64,000 nt of DNA from an uncultured archaeon (GTDB lineage: Archaea > Thermoplasmatota > Penumbrarchaeia > JASLWR01), in contig CAYSHM010000004.1 of assembly GCA_964430885.1 (NCBI GenBank), positions 96,001 to 160,000 of the forward strand, read 5' to 3'. The notes under the pieces are model-generated. The model did no database searches. It was not told where the DNA came from and saw only the letters and a list, made by a program, of their open reading frames with translations. Position 1 is the stretch's first letter; each line of letters opens with the position of its first letter. Made by a program: the position numbers and the translations under genes. This document shows, piece after piece, positions 9,329 to 19,300 of the stretch.

Positions 9329-10993
9329 ATGATGTTGGCTGGATCAGCATTCATAATTAGAACTAAAAAAGCGATTCTTTTCAGAACGTTTCTTCTTGTC
9401 TCCTTTTTATTACTAACATTGTCCATATTGTCTACTCCTGGAAGTGCAAATGATATCAATGTTGAGGAATCTGACGAAGCCTATAATAAGATTGTGGAAC
9501 CGGAAGGGAAAGCGGTTTTCGAATGGACTATCCACAACCTTCAGGATGTTTCGGTGAATGTGACCATAGAAATTGATACCATGATGAAACAGGATTGGGA
9601 TGCATATCTTTCGGATATTCGTTTTGAACTCCCTCCCCAAAGCGATCCCAACTCCTCCAAAACGGTGAACTTAACTATAACAACAACTTCGGACTTTGAC
9701 GGTGAAAAGATGACCTGCAAGGTTACTTTCACAACGGATACCTCGGCACAATCCAAGGTCACAACCACAAAACTGGATATCCCTGAGGAGGATAAAGAAC
9801 TCATTTTCATGGGTTACAAAATACCTCTTCCTTCATCCCTGAGGACTATGTGGGGGCATTTTTTAGCTTCCTTGGGAATATGGATAATCATAGCTATTCT
9901 ATCACATATACTTCTGAAAATTGTTATACCTAGGTTGACCAAGAAGACAACCACCGAGGTAGACGATGACCTTGTAAAGGCTGTAAATACTCCCTTATTC
10001 GTGATCATAATACTATATGGATTAGTGGAATCCCTGAAGTATTTGGAAATGTCTACTTCCATCATACGCAGGATCAGGATCCTGTATGATTTCACAGTCA
10101 TTTTAATGATCGTATTAATGAGTTACAGGCTTTTCCGAGTTCTAATGCTGTATGCCTCAGAGCGCTGGTCAAAGAAGGGCGGGAACAAGATCAAAAGCAC
10201 ATTAATGCCCCTTATGGACAAACTCGGCAAGGCCATTATATTCATAGTAACGATTATGCTGCTATTGGACTTTTTTGGGGTGGACCTCACGGTTTTCGTA
10301 GCCGGCGCCGGTATTGCGGGCTTGGTGATAGCATTCGCAGCTCAGGAGACCCTGGCCAATTTCTTTTCAGGTATATTTCTAATTATGGAACCCAAATTCA
10401 ATCAAGGGGATATGCTCTTGATGAATGATGAAATCTACGAAGTAAAGGAGATAGGTCTCAGGTCAACCCAGCTGTATAATGTGATCCAGCATATGGATAT
10501 GATCATACCCAATCAGCTCCTAGCCTCTTCCCAATTGATCAACCTTTCACAGCCGGATAGAAAGTTAAGGATGAAGGTCAGGATACCCGTGGGTTATAAC
10601 ACTGATGTCGGCCGGTTGGAGGATATGATGAAAGAGATATCGGAAAAACACACGGATATAATAACTGGAATAGCCTCCTACGAACCACTTCTTTACTTTG
10701 ACAAATACAGTGCGTCATCACTGGATTTTGTTTTCATGTTCTGGATCAATAATTTTTATAGGAAATGGGAGATCCAACACAGGGTGCTCAGGGATATCAA
10801 TACCATGCTCAGGAAGGAAGGTATAGAAATACCCTATGATAAGAAGGTGATCACCTTGAAAACAATGGAGCCCATGGGACCACTTGGAGTAATAAATGGC
10901 ACTGAAAAAGGCCGCACAGGAAAAAAATCCGGGAAGAGTCCTTCAAAAGGGGCGAGGAACAGTAAAAAGAGACCATCTCGCAGGAATAAATAA
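9329..10993 (+). CDS. MscS-family mechanosensitive channel with N-terminal extracellular Ig-like domain
   Basis: AGAGIAGLVIAFAAQETLANFFSG pore helix, EIGLRST, IPNQLL, GIEIPY; signal peptide and beta-rich domain precede the TM helices. Confidence 0.92.
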   Translation: MMLAGSAFIIRTKKAILFRTFLLVSFLLLTLSILSTPGSANDINVEESDEAYNKIVEPEGKAVFEWTIHNLQDVSVNVTIEIDTMMKQDWDAYLSDIRFELPPQSDPNSSKTVNLTITTTSDFDGEKMTCKVTFTTDTSAQSKVTTTKLDIPEEDKELIFMGYKIPLPSSLRTMWGHFLASLGIWIIIAILSHILLKIVIPRLTKKTTTEVDDDLVKAVNTPLFVIIILYGLVESLKYLEMSTSIIRRIRILYDFTVILMIVLMSYRLFRVLMLYASERWSKKGGNKIKSTLMPLMDKLGKAIIFIVTIMLLLDFFGVDLTVFVAGAGIAGLVIAFAAQETLANFFSGIFLIMEPKFNQGDMLLMNDEIYEVKEIGLRSTQLYNVIQHMDMIIPNQLLASSQLINLSQPDRKLRMKVRIPVGYNTDVGRLEDMMKEISEKHTDIITGIASYEPLLYFDKYSASSLDFVFMFWINNFYRKWEIQHRVLRDINTMLRKEGIEIPYDKKVITLKTMEPMGPLGVINGTEKGRTGKKSGKSPSKGARNSKKRPSRRNK

Positions 10994-11162
10994 GGACAGA
11001 ATAGAATATATTATACGCCAATCAGCTTCGGATATTGTTCGAACATCGTTCTATAAATTATATATATACAGAGGATATTATAATAACTGATAATGGTTCC
11101 TAAGGATTGAAATCAACATCTTTCTTAAGGAATTCAGAAGTTTGGAAACGAGGTACTCAGTT

Positions 11163-12443
11163 ATGATATCAAGTCATCTCCGATGGACGCTCTATCTATC
11201 TATGGGGTTGATGATTATAGCACTATTTGCCCCAGTCAGCCTTGAAGCCCGCTCTTCCTCTGCAATCGTGATAGGCAACATTGAAGATCAGGGATACGAC
11301 CCCCAAGATGACGGAGTTATTGATTTTCTCAAAGTATCCGTGAATGTGAACGTTGAGGAGGAAGGAACATATACTGTCTACGGTCTAATTGAAACAGTAA
11401 ATTTCGAGCTCATTTCATCCAATAATGCATCATTTTTACAATCAGGCAATGGGCAATTGATGGTGAAATTTCCTGGCTGGCAGATATACGAATCCAAACA
11501 GAACGGACCTTATACTATTCATATTCGGGTGACGGATTCACAGCAGAGTGTGTCCGCTACCCATATCACTTCGTCCTATTCCTTTGAGGATTTCAACCCA
11601 TCAGTGGAATCACCGCGTTTGCCCATTTATAATGAGAACCTGACACTTGAATTTGATTCAGTCATGACCAAACCTTCTGTTACTTTCTATCCGACCCAAT
11701 ACAAGGAGAATTACAATTTCCGATTATCCTTCGATAGAATACTTGGCTTTGCAGACGATGGAGACGGCGTTTTCACTTCCCAGGATACTGAGGTGATCCG
11801 TGGGGACCTTTCTGAGAAGATATGGGGCTGGTCCCTGAAACAGGAAGGCTCTTCCATAAGGCTGAACATTCATAATACAATCAAACTATGGGATGTAGAG
11901 GGGCAGATGGAGATGGGAACAGTTGATATGAGTTTCATTTTTAATACCAATATCCAGGGCACTTACAAGAAATTTGATATAGATATGGTATTCTCCCAAG
12001 GTCTGACGGGTGTGGATTTCATATCTCTCGAACAGCATCTTGTGGATGAATCCCTGAAATCCGATTTTGAGGTGACGAATCTAGGAGGAACCACTAGGAT
12101 AAAGTTTGTCGACGAACAATCCGAGGAATTAGCGTATTACGAATGGCTGGAGGAAGCAGAATTCTACGGAGCCTCGGCCATGGAGAACAACAGCCTGAGT
12201 CATAATTATGAGAAGAGTACGAGAGAGATGACTCTTTATGTTCACTATCCTTATACCTCAGACTGCCAAAGGATATTCCATGATCCGGTGGTAGGCCTGA
12301 ACTCTAATGTTCTGCAGAGAAGAGGCCCGAATATTATTGAAGATGTGGTCAATGACCACAGTTTGCTGGTCTTTGGTGTGGCCTTTGTAGTAGGCACCGT
12401 TTTTGTCTTGCTTTCCCTGAGATATCAGAGGCGGCATGGGTAG
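11163..12443 (+). CDS. Secreted, C-terminally membrane-anchored hypothetical surface protein
   Basis: Signal peptide, DPQDDG/DDGDG Ca-binding-like loops, C-terminal TM helix followed by RYQRRHG. Confidence 0.75.
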   Translation: MISSHLRWTLYLSMGLMIIALFAPVSLEARSSSAIVIGNIEDQGYDPQDDGVIDFLKVSVNVNVEEEGTYTVYGLIETVNFELISSNNASFLQSGNGQLMVKFPGWQIYESKQNGPYTIHIRVTDSQQSVSATHITSSYSFEDFNPSVESPRLPIYNENLTLEFDSVMTKPSVTFYPTQYKENYNFRLSFDRILGFADDGDGVFTSQDTEVIRGDLSEKIWGWSLKQEGSSIRLNIHNTIKLWDVEGQMEMGTVDMSFIFNTNIQGTYKKFDIDMVFSQGLTGVDFISLEQHLVDESLKSDFEVTNLGGTTRIKFVDEQSEELAYYEWLEEAEFYGASAMENNSLSHNYEKSTREMTLYVHYPYTSDCQRIFHDPVVGLNSNVLQRRGPNIIEDVVNDHSLLVFGVAFVVGTVFVLLSLRYQRRHG

Positions 12444-12562
12444 GTGATATGGGCGGATAGTCAAATCAGACAAATTTCATTCATTTTTTTCTATCACAAA
12501 ACTCGATTTTAGTTTCGATAATGGAAAATTGATTTTAATATTGTGAAAGATATAGGCCCCTC

Positions 12563-13183
12563 ATGGATAAACGTTTTTTTCCAGATACTGTGATACTCGC
12601 CTCTTCATCCCCGGGTAGAAAGAATATTCTGAGGAATGCAGGATTTGAGGTAGTAGTAATGGAGCCTTGTGTCGATGAAAACGATGTGGAAGACATTAAT
12701 AATGAAATGTTGCCAGAAACACTTGCAGCAATGAAAGGTGAAGCGGTAACAGCTAAACTGCGAAAGGAAACCCATAGTGATCCAAGAATAGTGATTGCTG
12801 CAGACACACTTTGCTTTTTAGATGATGAAATATTGAGAAAACCCAGCAATAGGGAAGATGCCATGAGGATGCTGTCTGCAATGTCAGGAAACTGGCATAA
12901 GGTTATTACGGGTTATTGGATAAGCTATGGTGGCAAGACCATTTCCGGATCAGACACTACCAGAGTGAAGTTCAGGCCCATATCGTTTTTAGAAGTGGAG
13001 AATTATTTGGAAACGGAAGAATATAAAGGTAAAGCAGGCGCATATGCAATTCAAGGTATAGGCGGGTGTTTGGTCGAGAAGATCGACGGCTGCTATTTCA
13101 ATGTATGTGGGCTACCTCTTTCTGCAGTTTGGTCTTCCATAATACGTTTATTCCCTAACTTGAACAATAAAGAATGTGATTAA
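12563..13183 (+). CDS. maf: Maf-family nucleoside triphosphate pyrophosphatase
   Basis: ILASSSPGR, IAADT, LRKP, GKAGAYAIQG, NVCGLP. Confidence 0.93.
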   Translation: MDKRFFPDTVILASSSPGRKNILRNAGFEVVVMEPCVDENDVEDINNEMLPETLAAMKGEAVTAKLRKETHSDPRIVIAADTLCFLDDEILRKPSNREDAMRMLSAMSGNWHKVITGYWISYGGKTISGSDTTRVKFRPISFLEVENYLETEEYKGKAGAYAIQGIGGCLVEKIDGCYFNVCGLPLSAVWSSIIRLFPNLNNKECD

Positions 13184-13328
13184 TTTTAGGCATTAGAAAC
13201 TCTAATTTATCACACCTTTTCAAGAAATACTTCGAATTTTGTTCTACTACAGTTCGAACATCGTACCAAAATCCTTTTTATATAGGGGGTAGTATTTGTT
13301 CTTATGAATTTACCTTTAAGGTGAGAAC

Positions 13329-16300
13329 ATGCTCTCTGAAAAACGAAAAAAATATTATTCGATACTATTTGTATTGATTCTGTCATCCATGGCCTTCGGT
13401 ATATTGGTTCCAGCGTCCTCCGCTGCTTCGGAAGATTCGGATTTCGATGGATTGTCAGATGATTATGAAAGATTAATTGGAACTGACCCATTCAATCCTG
13501 ATACCGATGCGGATGGTATGAACGACGCGGACGACCCCACTCCAAAAGGCGGTCTGTTGAACACCGAGGAAGTGTGGACCACCTGGAATATTACTGGCGA
13601 TATGAGTTTGCAGGTTATAGAACAGGGTCAATCCTTCAATGTTTCCTTCCACATATCTAAGTTCAATCCCGATGGGACCGAGGAAGTGCTGGAGAATCTG
13701 GATGCTTATCTATATGTGTATATCAGCAGAAGCTATTCCACCTATCTCAGACTGGATAAGATATCCATTCAGGCTACCATCGGACAGTACGAGCTCAGTT
13801 ACCGATCCAACGACCCTGGCAAATACCGCTTCATTCTGGGAGTGAACGCGAGCCAGATAACATTAGGAACCCATGCCACCTCTTTGGAGATGGATAAATT
13901 ATCCAGTGAGGGTAAGATAGGTTATATTCAGGGAGCGGCCTACCCCCCTTATCACACCACCGTTGCCAGCCTCTATCCCGTTCTCCTTCCAGGACATAAG
14001 GCGCACTACAATATCCAGCGGTACGAGTATGCCCCGCTAGATAATAGTTATTTATTCCTGAAAAGATTTGCCCAGCATTACTCCCCCACAGCGGCAGTCG
14101 GCTCTCTGTATGCCCCTTCAGCCGGAAGCGTCGTTGCTCATCTCTTCAAGGATTCATTGATAAGCAAACAGAATCTATGGGCCCCTGTAGGCGGTCTTGA
14201 GTACAATGTCACCCTCCTCCATCAAGGCGGGTATAATATGGCGGTTACAGCCTATGACACAGAGATAGCCTGGGACCACTTATATTCTCAAAAGTTCCCC
14301 TTTTCCACTGCATATACCTCCATAATTGATCCAGTCTATAGCTGGCTTGAGGTATCACCAGGTACACCAGAGGTATTTCAGAACGTCCAATTCATTGCCA
14401 ACAAATACACTGTAACCACTTCAATGAACGAATCGGCATTCAGCCATTGGTACAGGGGCGGGGGACTGAGGTTTATCATCGAGAATCACCCTGAACATGC
14501 TCAGCCTCATAACACCGATGTCTGGATATCCTTGTTCTATTATGTTTATGATCACTCGGCCAGGACAAGAATGGCCTATACCATGTTCGACAGGAATCTT
14601 ACGCTTAACGGTGATGCATCCACGTCCTTCCAATTAACCCTGCCGGGAACATATGCGGCAGCAGTGAAATATTCTCCAGTCCTCCCAGGCCACCCCCAGC
14701 AGAATTTCCCCCTTTACAGTCGATACGGCTACAAGATCAGGAATGACTATCACGATATCAGCTATTTCCAATGCATAGGGCCGGAATATGTAAATGTGTT
14801 CAAGGACGGGAATGTATATTTCACCCAGACGGGGATAAATGTATCAGTAACCGGCACCAGCAAAGGGAGCATGATGACAGGGCGTGATGCGGCGGTTTAT
14901 CTGGACGGAGTTTATAAAAATACCTTCACCTTCGCTGGAAATTCCAATGATCTGGACCTCGGACAGTTGGCAAAGGGAGCCCATGACGTCCATGTGCTCA
15001 CAATATATGATCAGGACACCAGAACAATAATCGAATCCCTGGGGCTTAGTAATTTCCATTACAACTGGATTGGTCACTGCAGGTTCGAGGTGAAATCCTT
15101 CCTCGTTCATGCCAACGCACCGTCCAACGTTATCAGGGAGCGGCAGGCAAATGTCAGCGTTCTAGTTTACGGATACGGGATGGAGCCTGTTAATAATGCC
15201 CAGGTGAAGATAGAAGCGGACGGCTATAATGCTCCAAGGATACAGGTTGGTCAGGGAACGACAGCAGTGGATGGTACTGCCAAGATAGGTGTGGTTATAC
15301 CTTCCAACGGAAGATATTATCATACTTTTCATATCACCGTGAGCAGGGGCGGGTTAACAGAATCTGTAACTTCCTATTTCTATGCTAGGAGCAGCGTGGC
15401 CAAGGGATTCATTCATACTAATAAACCCATTTATCTTCCAGGGGACGATATCAAGGCCCAGTTCTCAGTATATGATGTGGACGATGCGGCGCCGCATTCC
15501 GGTGAAGTGGAGCTCAGATTGACCTATAGAGGCAACAACAAAGATATCATCTCCGAGCAGGTTGTTCTGGATGAAATGGGGTCCGGGGAGATGGATTTCC
15601 CAATCAGCAGGGATGCACCTTGGGGGGATTATACCATTTCCGTCCTCAGTGACGGATCTGCAGTGGCATCTAGGACCATAGAGGTTCGATATTATGAAAC
15701 TCCCGATACCCGTATAGTTTTCGATGCGTCCCTGGATCTGAGGACCGGCGAGGTTGAGATCCCCGTCCAGGTGGAATATATGTTCGGTTCACCCGTGAAT
15801 CAGGGCAGCGTCCGCTATATCGTGGAGGGATATTCCAATACCTATGTCTATCCCCCTTACTATGGATATTGGTTCATGGACTGCGAGAGCGATGGAATAT
15901 CCGACTGTGCCCTCCCCTACTATGGATGGTACGATCCTGCACCTTTGTTCAAAGAAGATACTAACGTAAGTGTTCTGGGCGGCAGCGCCAATATCACCTT
16001 GAACATACCGAAAGGCGTTAAGCGGCTGTCCATAGCTGCCGAGTTCAGCGATGATTTTGACCATTATTCTGAGAATACCATTGAATATTTTGTCGGGGAA
16101 TCACCTGACCCCGAACTCAAAACAGGTTTAGAGCTCACCCCAGCAGAGAACACATTCACCGTTGGGGATGACATATCCTTCTCACTGCATACATATAATT
16201 ACAAGGATGCGGTCAATGAGGAGGCCGGGGACCTAGAGGAGGAATTTCAGGGTGATGTGAGCACATTCCTTCTTCTGAATGTCACTTCCATGAATGCAGA

Positions 16301-19300
16301 CAGCGCGGTAACCTATGAAGGTGTTTTTGATCTCTATACTGATCTGGAAGGATTGACGGTCTTTGACCTAGAGGAATTGGGATTGGACATTTACAACAAC
16401 TCGGTGAGTGGCAGATACTACTACAAGCTGACCCTTTCAGTGGTGGGCGAAAGCACCCCCCCCGCTACTTTGGAATACTCCTTTTTCATACATTGGGTGG
16501 AATACAGTATCATTTCCAGTCCCAATAGCTTCTCGCCGGGTGAGAACGCCACCATAACTTTGGAAGCCGAAAATAAACTTCATACACTGGATCCAGATTA
16601 TAACTATTCCCTGATCATAACCAAAAGGGATCGTTATTACGGATATTACAACTACTATTACAATTCATATTACGATCACGCACCGATATTCTCTCAGATG
16701 GGTGCAGCTTCAGGACGGAAGGAGATAACATGGCAGGTACCGGATCATATCCCCCAGGGTCTGTACATTGTTAGAGCTGAATTTTCCAATGACAATTACT
16801 CGGTTTCCATGGAGCACGAGGTTGAGATCGTTGATGTACCTCCGCTGAGCATTTCTCTTTCAGCTACTCCTTCCAGCTATTACCCTGGAGACCAGGTGGA
16901 TTTCAGTTTCACTCTCTCAGGGAATTTCAACGGATATGTCTATCTGTCCGTTGATGCGGGTAACGATCATCTTATGGAAAGCCGTATGACTGCAGGCAAT
17001 AACGGGGTATTTACCATTTCTACTTTGGACTGGCACAGTGATCTTTCCGGGACAGTTTATCTTATCGATCCAGATGGACGATTTATCAGCTCTAGCGTTT
17101 CGGTCAAATACGGCATTGATGTGCTTGATATATCTTTGGAGATGAATGCCAGCTCATATGAACCGGGAGACCAAGCCCAACTATCTGTTGAGGCCCTTAT
17201 GAGCGACGGTAGCCCTGCAGAGGGGGCTCATTTCTCACTCAGTATTGCGGATGCGGGAATATTTGAGATAGCGAATGATGCGTCAGCAGGTGATTTCTAT
17301 TCATCTCTGGTCACACCCTATGAGTTTGATTGGGGTTATAGATCTGTATTGAGCTGGTCCAGCGATACCTGGTATCCAGTGGGTTATACCAATATGACCA
17401 AGGGTTATTGGCCATATATCAATCCTGAAGAGCACCCCTGGGATGACGATTACGACGGCGACAGTGCAGGGGGCGGCCAGGGTATGCAGGGAGGGGCCAA
17501 TGACGGAATACCTGAAGGCGATATGGGGGAACAGGCACCCCAGGATGCAGAGCTGAACAACGACCTTCAGGAGCAGCTTGATAATACCGATGTTAGAGAA
17601 TGGTTCACGGATCTGGCCCTATGGCTTCCGGCGGTGATATTGGATGGGAATGGCATGGCATCCATAAATTTCACCCTGCCGGACAATATCTGCAAATGGC
17701 GGGTGAGGGGCACCGGCAGGACCCATGGACTTATCGGGGGTGAATCAGTCATAGAATTCAATGTATCCAAGGATTTCTTTATAGAGCCCAAGCTGCCCTA
17801 CAAGGTTACACAGGATGACGAATTGGAGTTTGACGTTCTCATCTACAACTTCAACAAAAATTCGGTCAATGCCCGGCTTGGAATATCTGCAGGGGAATGG
17901 CTGGGTGTGTTCGGACAGGTTGAGGTTAACATCACCGCCCCTCCAGACACCATTGAGACCCACACATACAAAGTAAAGATATTCGGATCAATGACCAACA
18001 ATCTTACCATTATATGCAGCGATATGGGTGCAAATACTGATGCAGTGAAGAAGGAAATGTTCGTAAAACCCAATGGAGCGCTTTATACCTCTCATCTTAC
18101 AGGAGCGGTAGATCCGCTTTCAGAGGAGATATTGGCCTTCAAGGACGAACTGATCAATGGTTCCCAGAAGGTCATACTGCGCCTGGCACCTGGTTACGGG
18201 GGCCTTCTGAAGATGGGCTATTCCATGCTGTCAGGTTATCCCTATGACTGCACCGAGCAGATCACTTCCCGTTTGGTGCCTGCAGTTATTTTCAGGGAAT
18301 ATCTGAGGGCGACTGGCGGATTGAACTGGTATAACGACCGCCATCTGAAAAGGCGGATCTATACCGAACTGCAGTCTCTGCTTTCTAAGCAGCATCAGGA
18401 TGGAGGATGGGGATGGTGGAAGGGGGATCAAAGTGCACAGTGGATAAGCGGCTGGGTACTTCTTGGTCTGACCCTTACAAGGGATTCAGGGATCCTTGTA
18501 GATAATGCGGTCATTCAAGGGGCTCAGAGTTATCTTATGAACTTCCTTGCAGGTGAAGACCATTGGGAGCCTGGATTGGGTGATGATATGAACGGCCGTG
18601 AACTAACATCCTTCCTGTATTACGCACTTGTGAAATCAGGAGTTCAGGTACTGGCCAGAGTTGAAGATTACCTCTTAGCAGAATATTCCGGTGGAAATCT
18701 TACCTCATATGGTCTTTCATTCTATGGTCTTGCTCTGGAGGAAAAAGATGATTTCTACGGGGATGTATTAACTGCTCTCCTCTCCTCAAAAATTGCTTCC
18801 CATTACCAGAGCAATGAGGCTCTAGGAGGTCATATGGAAACCACAGGATGGGCCCTTCTGCTCCTCGCCAATGATGACACTGAAAAGGCCGAGATGAGGG
18901 AAGCGTTGGAATGGCTGAACTCCCGCCGGCTGCCCAATGGCGACTGGGGCACCACAACAGCCACTACCGCTTCCATGTTGGCAATACTTGAGATGGTCAA
19001 GAATGCCGATCCCACTGATATGGATGTGACCGTCAAGGTCAATGGTCGCCAGATTGCCGCTGAACATGTGGATGAGAGGGCGAACAGGGATTTCTACAAT
19101 CGACTGGATGCTTTGGATATTACATCATATATCCGGGTGAGCGAGCCTAACACTATCACTATTGAAAAACAGGGGAGCGGTGATCTGTTCTACGAACTCA
19201 CCTCGGTGGAATATCTGCGAAAACGTGTCTCCGTGGATTTCACCCAGCATTATACCGTATCAATCGGGTCCACTTTAGACGTTGAGATAACCGCAGACCC

